DNA from: Selaginella moellendorffii | Taxonomy: Eukaryota > Plantae > Lycopodiophyta | DNA: 64,000 nucleotides | NCBI RefSeq assembly: GCF_000143415.4 | Contig: NW_003314317.1 | Location: 434,001-498,000 of the forward strand | Direction: 5' to 3' | In this document: positions 48,501 to 61,185 of the stretch, piece by piece | Layout of the letters: each line of letters starts with the position of its first letter | Position numbering within the stretch: the stretch's first letter is position 1 | Made by a program: the position numbers and the translations under genes | Notes under the pieces: model-generated | Databases searched by the model: none | The model's input: the letters and a program-made list of their open reading frames with translations, nothing else | Told to the model about the DNA's origin: nothing

Positions 48501-49489
48501 GCTTAACATTTGTACTTAGCTAGATGGACATAAGGTAGAAACTCCTATGTGTTTCTATTTGAGCATACTCGGCCTGGCTCTTAGTTTTCTTTTGCTTTGT
48601 TTTGCATTGGCTTGACAAGAACCCTCGCATATTAAGATTAATCCCTCAATATTGCTAGATGATAACTTACCGTGTCTGCAAAACACTCTCGCTATCATGT
48701 CCTTTGTATTAATTTCATTTCGGTCCCAAATGCTATTTATAGAAAGTGTTTAAATTTGCTCATTTGGCATATCTACGGAATGTAGAGATTGTCCTGAACA
48801 CAATGGTGTTCGTCCCGTATTCAAATTCACAACCTAGGGACATTCTATATTTAATAAGTTTCAAGCTTGTCCCAGAGACTAACTCCTGACTCCTGATACT
48901 AAAGGAGGCTTGGGTGAAAGCCCAAAGTGTGTGTTCCTCATTTTGGGGGGGGGGGGGGGGGGGGGGCATAGTGGGTAGATTAGGCATGGCCAATTAACCT
49001 GAGGCATAGTCTAGCTCCTGCTTGCATGCCTGTCTTTGTTTTGCATCCGACTTGGGTCTAAGCCCAAGTTCCACACCATGTTAGTTGGTGGAGTACCCAT
49101 GTCCTTGTGTTAGGCCACCGGTATGCCGAAATAACACTAAATTCCGTTTGGCTTTGTTTTACGTGTTGGTTTTGGCATTGGGATGTTGGTTGCTCTAGGA
49201 CTGTTCCAAGTTGCTCCGGGCTCCTATCCCTTTGCTCTCTGAGCTGTATGCTTGGGAGGTGCTTCATGGTCTGGTTCTGTCACTCAGCTTCATGCTTGGG
49301 AGTTTGGCACTGTTCCTTTGTTCAGTGGCCTAAGGTCTTGAAACTCAGGTTCCACAGCACTGTCCTTTGGACATGTGGCATGTGACACGTGGTATATGAC
49401 ACATGGCACATGGAGGGTTTAGGTTCCACTTCGTGGTTATCTTATGGTAAATCACCATAGGATAAAGGGTAAAAACCACATGCACTATA
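42509..49489 (+). mobile_element. Nested LTR element (LTRs 42509-43561 and 48358-49489), no recognisable pol; LARD-like
   Basis: LTR pair, PBS TGGTATCAAGG at 43564, PPT AGGGGGGGAGAG before 48358, TSD AGGGA/AGGGC. Confidence 0.85.
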
Positions 49490-52400
49490 AGGGCTCACAA
49501 CTCATGAACAACATCTTGAATGGTCCAAACCTTCACACCTCCATTAGCACCATCATCGACACCACCATTGATAATAGGATTCTAGCATTAAGCTTAGTCA
49601 GCCATCGCAACCAATTCCTCTAATACCAATGTTATGATCTGGCATGAAAAGACAAAAATTTAATCTTCCTAAACTATTTACATATCTTCTTGAGGTTCTT
49701 CACCTCCCAACCACCCCCAAGCTATCTCAAAAACTCCACTGTATTGCCATTCCATTATGAGCTCTAGGGTAGGTTAAGTTTTTTACTCTAACATGCCTTA
49801 ATATACCCTTGAGCTTCCCTATGTGGTCAAAGATGGCACTTAACAACCACTCACTCCACGAACAAGGTATAATAACTAGGCTTGTTATAGTAGCAATGCC
49901 AACAAACCTTGAAATATATAGGCATAAACCAATAGTTGATCTTACCTATATAGTTTTATAGGGCATAGTCCCTATGTATAAAATTGTCATTATCTATACC
50001 AAACAAAGTAATAGATATATAATATTTCCCTCACAATTTGATGAGCGGAAGGCAGTTTAAAAAGAAGTATTCATAAAATCTAGAATGAAATTATAAAGCA
50101 TTTACTCGTGATATCTATAATCTTAACCTCCTTTCAGAATAAACCAACTCATTGCTCAATCAAGTTAGAGAAAAGCGTGAAAAAGAGAGTTGAAAGCATA
50201 TTGGGTACACTATAAAGAAGAGGAGATAAAAAATTATAATATGACTTTAATGGTTATTCAGAATATGTGAATCCATACGCTACTCCTCTTTGGTAGCATT
50301 GACACATAGAAAATGCTTGTGCTTCAGCTGAGAGTAGCAAAATACAAAATAACTAGAATAATTCCCCACAAAAGAAAGAAGAGTTAAATTTACAACCCTT
50401 GCCCTCTAATGGTGATCTAGGTTCCTCTATAAATCAAACATTTGTTTTGCCTATACTAATTGCAAAATAAAGCATTTCCTATTAAATTGTAATAAACATA
50501 ATAGCAATTGCAGGAATGGCAATGGACACCATTATTACATATCCATCATTTCTAGAATTAAAGGAAAGGACCCACAATTACATATTAAGCAATACACAGA
50601 AGCAATTAAACTCAATCAAGTAGATGGGTAGGAAAAGAATTTTTTCTTGTATACACTCAAAAGTAAAGGCAAAGATTAGTACTATGATAATGATGTCAAA
50701 AAGCTTGGCACATTTTATGAGTAGATAAAATTTTTCTTTAAAACTTTCTCCCTAGAAACAAACCTAAGAGAAAACTATGATGAGTGGCAAAAGTTTCATA
50801 AAAAAAAGTCTAAGACAATTGAGGAATATACAATTCGATTCAACAAGCGTTATAAGCATTATAAATATAGTGTTAAACAAAATGCGACTACACCTATACA
50901 TACAAGGCATTTATTGTGAACATGCGATAAAGAGAGCTCATGTAAATTTTGATGATTTGAAAAAAGCTATGATTACCTACCAAAATCTTATAAAATAATA
51001 TAATATGGTAGATATAGTAAAGTTAGACAAAAAAACAACTCTTATAGACAAGGAAACTAATCATCTAAGAAGCCTTAAATTACAAATCAATATCAAATAA
51101 AGAATTTATTGTACTAGATACAAAAATGAAAGCTATGGTAAGGAAGAATGCAAATTTTAATTGATCAAGTGCCAATTTTGTGGAAAAAAAGGGGCATTCA
51201 ACTAAGGAGTATAGAACCTTGTTTAAACAACTAAGAGGCCAACAAACAATCTGAGTTGATAAAATAACATGTAGGCAAAACTATTCACTTGATGATAGAA
51301 GTTATCGTAGAAGGAATAATTATAGTGATAATTAAAGCTCCAAACATAAATACCCATGCACTAAAAGGCAAGATGACTATCAGAATTATCTGCTTGGGGG
51401 TAATTTTTGAGATTATCCACCTAGTCATAAGGAAAATAAACCTAAAGGCTATAATCAACCTAGAGAATTCAATCAACCTAAATGCGAGATTATAAAAGCT
51501 AAAAGAGATCAAGCTAAGACTCTTACTTACTATCATAGGCCATACAATTAAGTTGAATCATCAAGCAAGTATGATAGGCCTCATAAGGATATACAACTTG
51601 CAGTTAGGCACGTTAAGGTAAACTGGTCAAATACAGAAGGACTACTTAGCAATTGTATCATGACCAGGGCTCAACGAAGAAGGGTTGAATCTAAACTAAG
51701 ATGAAGTCCCCTATTTTCAATGGCACCAAAAGAAAAATATCAGCACAAAAATCACTTAGCAACTCCAAAACTTACAACCACAATTTAATTATGTCATGCT
51801 TAAAATGACACGACGAGATTCTACCTATAAAACTCTACTAAGCAAACCTTGGCTAAAAATTACTTGCATAAACCAAAAGTAGAAAAATGCTTTCTTGTAT
51901 ATAGAGTAGGGCAACTAAAAAAGATTTGTGCCCATTACTTCTACCATATAGTTGGAAAGAAAAGATTAACCCCTCAAAACTTAATATTATGATTAGGAGG
52001 AAGGCTTAGATAATTTCCAAAAATAATAAATTTTAAAAGCTTTTTCTGAAATTGAGCCAATTTCAAAAGTTGATTTTTATTCAATACTCAAAGAAGTAGC
52101 CCCTAAACTAAAGATTGATTCAGCTATAAGAGATTTCTCCCTAAATGAGGATCCTGCTTATAAAATTAATCAATAGAGAAACTATGTTTCACATGTTTTT
52201 CATGATCAACCATTTGAGCAAATTAATTTAGCAGATAAGGATAATCTGCATACTATTATAATTGCTCAAGGATTATAAAGTGAATTTTACAATCAAGCCA
52301 TAAATCTACTAAAAGACTACATAGACATTTTTATCTAGTCTTACATAGATTTAAAAGGCATCCTGCCCAAACTCTATATGCATTGTATTGAGATACTCTT

Positions 52401-54391
52401 AGGAAATGTGTCTAAAAGGCAAATGCTCTACAGAATGAATCCTAATTACCAAAATAAAATCAAAAAAGAAATCAATAAACTTCTCCATGTAGGATTCATC
52501 TATCCAATTTAGAATGCTCAATGACTTTCACCACTTGTAATTGTGTCTAAGAAAAATGGCAAGTTACAGGTTTATATAAATTACAAAAAACTAAATAATA
52601 CAATAAAAATGATATATTCCCTATTCCTTTCACAAATGAAATTCTACATTCAATAGCAAGCAATGAAATGTATTCATTTTTAAATGGATTTTTTGGCTAT
52701 AATTAGGTGGAAGTAACACTTAAAGATCAACACAAAATAGTTTTTATAAGCTCATAAGGAGCTTATGCTTATTACAAAATGCCTTTTGGCTTATGCAAAT
52801 ACTCCATTTATATTTCAAAGAATTGTTATAGACACTTTTCAAGAATATTTCACTGATTTTATGAGTTTTTATTAATGATTTTAGTGTCTTCAACTCCAAA
52901 ATAAAACATTTAATTTATTTGTAAAAATATTTTCAAAAATGTAGAGAACATAGCATTTCTCTTAATCTAAAGAAGTGTACTTTTTTGTAAATTCTAGCAT
53001 ATTTTTAGGTCATATTGTATGCAAAGAGGCATCTTTGTAGACAAAACCAAAACTCAAATGATTGAGACAATGTCTCCATTACATAGCTTAAAATGTTTTT
53101 ATTTCTTTTTAGACAAAATTGGCTATTATAAATGATTTATAAAAGCTTATGCAAAGATTGCCAAACCACTCACCAATCTTTTAAATAAAAATATTCCATT
53201 TATATAGAAGGAAAATTGTCAAGAAACATTTTTAATGTTTAAACAATATTTCAAATAGGCACTTATATTTGTTAAGCTAAACTGGATAAAAAAGTTTCAC
53301 CTATAGGTGGATACTTTTTATATTGCCACAGGTGCAATATTATCTCAATTACAAGGTGATCAGAAAGATCATTTTATCTACTATGCTAATAAATAATTAA
53401 ATTTTGCTAAGCATAATTACACAATGACTGAAAAAGAAACCTTAGGTGTAATTTATGCCTTACAAAAATTTAAGCATTATTTTTTGGCAACAAAAGTAAT
53501 TATCTTTGTTGACCAAAGGCTCTTTTATATCTCATCAACAAATTGTGCATATTCGCTCAACTAATTAAATGGTGTTTACCATTATAAAAATACAATCTTG
53601 AAATAGTTTATAGATATGGAAAATTCCATGAATAGGCCAATTACTTAAATCGCATCATTATAGAAGAGTCACCTAATTCTAAGGTAGACAAACTCTTAAA
53701 TACCCACTTATTTACTGTCTCTATATCTACCACTTGGTTGAAAAATATACAAATCTATCTTTCTATAGACACTGTTTCACCTCACTATAACTTGCCAAAG
53801 AAAAAGAAGTTATTTGATTTTAGGACATGACCTTATTTTGTCGTGGGGGAGCCTATATAAATTAGGCATCGATGGAACATTAAAGAGATATATTAATAAG
53901 AAAAAAAAAAGAAATTCTAAAGGAAGCTCACTTAAACCCATCAAAAGGCCATTTTATAGATGAAATCATTGCTAAAATAGTGTTATAAGTAGGGTTGTGG
54001 TAACTTACTCTTTGGAAAATAATAGTGTTTAGTTATATAAGTTTAAGATCATCTAGATCCTCTAGAAGTCCCATTGTAAAAACTGATGATGCTCATATGC
54101 TTTCCAAAAAGCTAAGCATTCCAAAGGTCTTTCTAGTGGTAAACCAACTTTCATGCTTGAGGACCTCTTCTACAATATTAGCTGAAGTCCTTCCTATGCA
54201 ATTGCTTCCTTCTAGGCCTCTTAGACTTTCTTCCACATCATATTATTTGTATCTTGACAATTTTTTGTAAAACTTATGATATTTGCCAAAAGTATAAACT
54301 ACCGCCTAAAAAGCAAATCCACGAACTAAACCTTACCTATCTATATAATGCATTTCATAAATGGGGATTAGATTTTGTGGGTCTTTTGGTT

Positions 54392-57300
54392 AAGCAGATC
54401 GACTAGGCCATTTTCAGTACAATTGTCCGAGGTGTAGGATCATCTGCCTGATAACCCGGTACCGACCACAACCAAAATGATTTTTCTAAGCATTTTCTAT
54501 GTCACCTCCTACAGTTTGGGTATCCGGGGGGTACCTGTATCATGGAAGACAAGGATTAATAATGCAATCTCCACTAGCTCTCTCTCTCATTTTGTGAAAG
54601 TACGAAGCTAGTTTCAAAATTGAACTGAGATTTGCACAATTGATGCTCGCGAGCCAATGTACTCAGGTACATGCCCGGGCCGCACATCAGAAGTTACTTC
54701 CAAGGATTAGAACTAGGGAACATGCTCAACTTGATTGCTATCCATTGACACATGGATCTCACCGTCTGGTCTAGTTGCTGTCATCCTGGCTTTTTTCTAA
54801 GGGGATGATTAGAAACTGGAATAGTCGATATCTGAAGCACTACTTGGGCAGAGTCAATGAAAGCCCCTTGTGTCACTGTGGTGCTTAGTTCCAGCATTCT
54901 GGCCGAAAGAAGTTCCTACAGGCTAGGGGTGAATAGAAATGTAGAAACCAAATCATTTGTACCCATTTTTGCGTGGCCAGGAATGTGGTAGTGAGATTCC
55001 TCACGACCTTAGTGGTGGGTGTAAGCTCGTTTTGAGCTATACCCAAACAAACACTTTGTTGGCGCTGCTCATTCTTGTGGTGCACAACGAAGCGGCTGTT
55101 GATCCTGGAGTGGGTGGGGAATGTGCGTGGTTGTTCTAGCACACAGCCTTGCAGTGGCCCAAGCTTGCTCTGCTTGTGGATGTGCTCTTGGAGAATGCGG
55201 TAGGGGTGGATACAAGCAAGAAACCCTAACATTAGGGTTTTTCCCGTCGCTTCATACTTTTTGGTGTGAGAAAATCCAGCGCCTGCAGCCATGAAGTCGA
55301 ATAGCTATAATTTGTACTTAGGTTTGCCTATCCATATGGCATGTCTCTTTGCGCGAAATTCTGTGAGGAATCCAAGGTTTTGTTTTTTACCATGCCACGT
55401 CTACTCATGTGTCCCATTAGATTATCCATGGGCAAACAGAGTTTTCTGTAAGCAAGATTTTCTTTAAAAATTCTTTTTAAAGAAGACCTTTCTGTTAGCT
55501 AAGCATGGGATCTATCTCAGAGTGAGAGAGCAGAACTTGTGTTGTATTTTCCATTTACCAATCAAAACACAATTGTAGTCAATGGTTTGCTTACATGTTT
55601 TGTTCAGAGCGTAACCAAGGACTGTATGGTAAGTTTGGGGGAACTTGTACTTTTGTTGTTCACAGTCTGAAAAAGCATAAATACCGAATTTATTATATTC
55701 TGATATGATGCCCAGGTGATGGATAGTATTGTCTAGAAGACAGAATCCTTGGCTCTCAGCTTGAGTTTGTTGAGTCATTGAGCTGTGGTGGGCAATTGGC
55801 CGGCTCTCTCCAGACATCAAAGAGAATATCAAGCACTACTTGCACCGGTGTTAAGGGGCTGGTAAGAATAATACAATCTAGACCACGAAGGATAACTCAT
55901 CTTAATGCGTAGTGATGGAATCCTTTTTCCACGAAGCATTCAATGAGATTATCAATCTCAAGGACGATACCACCAGCAGTGTTAATCAGATAGAAAAGTG
56001 CAAAGACTTGTCCCAGGATCACTTTGGATGAGTTTGTCACGGGTTAGTTTGAATCTTGATTAATGTACAATGAGACTTTGAATGGAAGTGATAAGTGCTT
56101 ATCATACTTTGTGGTTAAAAAATTACCATCAACCCATATGATCTAGATCTGAAAGCTCAGAAAGTGAGTAGACAGGTTCACTAGCGAGCGTTCTGTGCCT
56201 ATGAATGGATTGTCCATCTCATTTTGCATGGCAAGGAATCGTAGTGGATATATCCAGAACGGATTCCCTTCAGACTCAACTTGATCAAGGTCAAGGAAGC
56301 GGAGGATCATGGGGTTGTTCATTGAAACCAGATTGTCCATGTATCTGAAAGTGTGCTCAAAGAGGCGCAGTAAATCATACCGGCCTAGACGTGCAAGTTG
56401 AGTAATAAAATTATACTCAAAGTAGAACAGGTACAGGTTACACCACAAACGTGAGCACAAGAAGCCCATAGAAATTCCTCGGACTTGTCTCCACACTCTA
56501 TTGCCTAGTTGGACATATGTGTTCCGGATGATAAAGTTATTTAGCTTGATAACTTTTTTTGGATCCATTTTGGTAGCCTTTATTGATGAGTGGCACAGAG
56601 GTTTCCATTTAGCCTCAAGGTTGCTGTTCTTCTTTTGAATAAAAAAAAAGTCTTTTTAGAGGTGGTTTTGGTGCACGAAAGCCAAATTGACAAGATTTGT
56701 CATGGCCATCGTAAGGCCTTGATCTCCCTTAAAGGGGATGGCCTCATAGCACTTGGTGATATCCCCCATGGAAATCATGGTGATCCTGTCTAGGATATTA
56801 ATCACGAACTCTTGTGTGGATCCAAGGATCCAACATGTGTTCATCTTTCCTCCAAAGAATTTTGCTCGTGCATAGAAATTATCAGCCACGTTTTGTAGTG
56901 CCTCCTGTATCCCTTTTAGGATAGCTGTTAGGTAGATTGTAAGTTTAGAGAAGACACATCCGTCCACATTTGTTAACCAGTGCATCTTATTCTTGTGTGC
57001 TTTATAGATTCCCATGAGGTAAGGGAGATCTGGTTGTTGAAGTGGAAATTCCTGTAGGAGTGGTTCACCAAGCAATTGTTTTACAACTTTCTTGAGCATT
57101 TCAGGGACATTATTGTCTGAGACTGCAAGTGAAAAATTGTCACTATTCATCCGTGCAAGCGCTTCCCTGCAGGTTAACATTTTGCAAAAGAAGGTGGGTG
57201 TGTTGGCTGCTTTATCTACGCCACTGATGTACAAGTGTTTATGTACCCACTCCAGTTGCCGTCGTGCCTCGGGGGTGGTCGTCACATCTACCATTGGGGT

Positions 57301-60300
57301 GGTCTGGCAATTTTGTACTGCCATTCGGTAGTTAATATGTTGTTTAACAGCAGCTTCGTTACTTGGCCAATTACGGATGTAGACATCAAGATTATACTAG
57401 CAATCTGATCCCAAGCTTCACAGATTTCAGCAATAATTTTTGCCATCTGGAGTGGTTTCGGGGTGATGTGATTGAGGCCTTTCTCGATGACAGCCGTGAG
57501 TATGCATGAGTGAAGGATCTTTGGATCCAATGTTCGCACATGGCCAGTCTCATCAAGGTAGGTCACCCATGGCCATCATTTGCATTCATAAACAAGAGGC
57601 TCAAGAGTGTTCTAGTTACAAAAAACCTCTTTGGGTTTATAAAAGTTGTGTTTGATCTGGGGCTCATACCTCCAGCTAAATACGATGGGATCTAGGAGTT
57701 CCAGGTCTAGGCCAATCATTTCTAGGCACTCCTTCATGAGAGTGTGGATACTAATCCTTTCGAATCTAGCATTGATATATTGGAGGTGTACGAATTTTTG
57801 TTTGCTCTCCGTTCCCTCTTTGACCAGCCATTTTCGTCCGACAAAATGATGGATGTAGTGTACAGTACACTGTGGAAGCAATCACAGGAGCATTGTCATT
57901 AGCTACCAATCATGGAAGGAGAAAACAGAAATTTATTTATTGCTGCTTTCTTGCACCGAGCCTTTTGCATAGCCTCTATTTGTTCGAGCATGCATTGGCC
58001 TCGAACGTCTTGGAAATTGATGGTGGTGTGCCCGTTTCCTGTGATGTCTATCCCATGGACATTTATCCATTAGGATGATCACATTTCTGATTTGGTGGTA
58101 AGCCTCGAGACCTTGCCGACGTGTGTTGTGAGGACGGTGTAGGTGAGAAAGCTCCATTACTTTCACTACCGTCACATCATGAGGATGTTGGGGACCTGTA
58201 CTGCTGGATGGGGATGAACTTACATATGTTCATCTTAGTCTGCCCATGCGGGATGAACTCTAGATTCGGGTTAGTTGGTTTTTTTGCCACCTCAATAGCA
58301 GCTGCTTGCATCCATTCTCATATTTGAAGGAAGGCAGCTATCTGGAGGATAACCATGAGTAGGGATAAGAAGATGGTGAGGTGGTCTAACGACGTCAAGC
58401 TTGAGTCTGGCCAATACTTGTCTAGGTTATTAAGCATGTACCAGAACAAGGAGTCAAGCCAGACTATTCCTCCTTCACATCCCTAGCAATCGCAGCAGCA
58501 GTACAGTTGAAGCTGATCCATGTACGTTGATCACCTTGTGATAGGTTCCAGCTTTTTGTATTCAAAAAGGCATCACCATCACAGCATCCATGAAAAGAAG
58601 CCTACTTGAAAACCTCATCCACAGTCTTTTGGAATGGGATAGCCGGTTTGTAAGCATAATTCCCCAGTGTTGCATGTCGGTATGACGCTTCCAGTGTTTG
58701 TTTTGACCACTGTATTGCATCTGGTCGTAGCAAAGCCGCCATCTGGATCTAGTCAGAAGCCTCCAAGGGAGACATCCATCCTAAAGGATTCGTGAGTGTC
58801 CAGATTTATGTGGTTCTGGAAGGCGGTGGGAGGCTGCATCGAGAACTCGTGTGGTGGCGAAGGGGAACTTCCATCCACTCAAATTCTCCAACGGGTCAAA
58901 CATAATACGACCATTATCAATATGGTCCACGTTTGCTCCTTCCAAGGTGTCCAGCTGTGGCGGGATGAGTCCAGTCATGAGCGACCATGCATTTTGGCTC
59001 AGGAACTCAAAACCATTACTAAGGTTGATCTATGGTTTCCCAGATCAATGCCTTTCCTGTATGAGCCTTTATACCCTATAACCCGATTGTACTCTTGGGA
59101 CCATTGGAGCATTTTCCAAGTAATCCTTGGTTCGGTAGAGGAGAAATTAACAAATTCTTTTTCCATGTTCGCCATCCACCGTCGTAGTAGAGCTTGGTTA
59201 TCAATTATACTCAATCGGTAAGGAGTGTCCAAACTAGGCACCACCATTATTTGGTTTCAACCTGCTGGAAGAGGCAGAGGTATCGCTTGTTCTCGCCAAC
59301 CGCCTCTGATTCTAGCACCATGGGCAGCTTGTCCGTGATCTTCTTCTCATATACAAAGACCTCTTGTAAGCGCTTAGGTTTCTTTCTGGCTAAAAGCAGT
59401 AAAAAGTACTACATGGCCAGGACGGGAGCCACAAAATCATCAGTGCTTGTGTACTCCATCATCTCGAGTAGCCAGAAATCCTGAAAAGCCACACATCAGT
59501 CCATATCCCGTTCGGTGGGAAAGTAGGGGTGGATCGTGTGGCATTTTGTATTGTCAGCTAGGTATCACACCTTGACACGGCTGTCCCTTGTCCTGTATCA
59601 TGGAAGATGAGGATTAGTAATGCAATCTCTGCTAGCTCTCTCTCTCATTTTGTGAAAGTACGAAGCTAGGTTTCAAAATTGAATTGAGATTTGCACGACT
59701 GATGCTCGCGAGCCAATGTACTCAGGTACATGCCCGGGCCACACATCAGAAGTGACTTCTAAGGATTAGAACTAGGGAACATGCTCAATTTGATCGCTAT
59801 CTATTGACTCATGGATCTCACTGTCGCGAATATGACTTCGGGTATCGAAAGTTACCTGTCAGCTAGTCCTTTCCGATTTTCTTTCCTTACTACCACAACA
59901 GCAGGAGGTTGGTATTGTTGGACCCATTATCAATCTCTGCCTAAGCTAGTTGAGAAACTAGTCTTCGCGTGTGCACTTGACCAGATGAGCATAAGAAAGG
60001 AATTCCTAACTGTCTATTTAGTCAAGCATATTTGACCTAGTTAGAGAAACTCATTCATTGACTTGCATTTGCTAGTGTTGGGAACCCCGTGACATTGAGT
60101 TTGGTCCCTCAATATTCGCTAAATGATAGTTTACCGTGTCTACCAAACACCCTCGCTATTATGCCCTTAGCGTTAGTTTCATTTCGGTCCCAAATGCTAT
60201 TTATGGAAAGTGTCTAAATTTGCTCATTTGGCATATCTACGGAATGTAGAAATTGACCTGAACACAATGGTGTTCGTCTTGTGTCCAAATTTGCAATCTA

Positions 60301-61185
60301 GTGCTATTCTATATTTAATAAGTTTCGAGCTTGTCCCAGAGGCTAACTGCTGATACTAAGGGAAGCTTGGGGTGAAAGCCCAAAGCATGTGTTCCTTAAG
60401 GGAAGGGGGGGGGTGTGGTTGGGGGCTATGGGGGGTTCCAAATGTATAGTAGGGATAGTGGGTAGGTCGGGTATGGTTGACCAACCTGAAGCATAGTTTA
60501 GCTCCCGCTTGCGTGCTTGTCTTTATTCTGCATCCGGCTTAGGTTTAAGCCTAAGTTCCATTCCATTCTAGCTGGTGGAGTACCCATGTCCTTGCGTTAG
60601 GCCACTGGTATGCCGAAATAGTGCCAGACTCCTTTTGGCTTCTTTTTGCGTGCTAGTCCTAGCATTGGGATGCTAGTTACTCTAGGAATGTTCCAAGTCG
60701 CTCCGGGCTCCTATCCCTTCGCTCCTTGGCCTATATGCTCAGGAGTTGCTCCATGGTCCGGTTCCGTCACTCCTTGGCTCCATACTTGGGAGTTTGTCAC
60801 CGTTCCTTCGTTCAATGGCCCAAGGCCCTAAACCTCAGATTCTGCACCACTGTCCTTTGGACACATGGCGTATGACATATGGCATGTGTCACGTGGCATA
60901 ACGAGGGTTTAGGTTCCGCTTCGTAGTGTTATCCTATGGTAAATCACCATAGGATAAAGGGTAAAAATCACGTGCACTACACTCGCCGTCTAGTCTAGTT
61001 ACTGTCATCTTGTCTTTTTTCTAAGGGGATGGTTAGAAACTGGAACAGTCGATATCACAAGCACTACTTGGGCAAAGTCAATGAAAGCCCCTTGTGTCGC
61101 CATGGCAATTAGTTCTGGTGTTCTGGCCAAAAGAAGTTCTTATAGGCTAGGGGTGAATAAAAACGTAGAAATTGAATCGTTTGTA
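54392..61185 (-). mobile_element. Penelope-like retroelement, Naiad/Chlamys type, degenerate, with pseudo-LTRs (54535-54961 and 59592-61185 minus the solo LTR)
   Basis: PLE-type RT motifs: VDKAANTPTFFCK, LPYLMGIYKAHK, DITKCYEAIP, RQVRGISMG, FRYMDN; upstream linker (C>Y)EC...GHVRTLD; ~430-bp direct repeats without TG..CA ends, PBS or PPT. Confidence 0.8.
59822..60981 (+). mobile_element. Solo LTR of the 42509-49489 family, inserted in the PLE pseudo-LTR
   Basis: TG...CA ends, similarity to 48358-49489, TSD CTCAC/CTCGC; the empty site 'ggatctcaccgtc' is seen in the other pseudo-LTR (~54755). Confidence 0.88.

Larger units (their letters stand above)
33152..49845 (-). mobile_element. Degenerate Ty3/Gypsy LTR retrotransposon (3' LTR 33152-33384, 5' LTR 49630-49845) hosting two nested elements
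   Basis: LTR pair, PPT ~33387-33400, PBS 49617-49628; RT (FTKIELRSGYHQI, MPFSLTKAPATF, FLDDILI; 35110-35480), RNase H (34444-34980), integrase (FGLLEDIISDRDSKF ~33850) in Gypsy order. Confidence 0.85.

Noticed and set aside
59430-59450. Hammerhead core CTGATGA on the minus strand of the PLE
   Set aside because: It lies in the decayed reading frame and I find no matching GAAA or stems; none was found in the pseudo-LTRs either.
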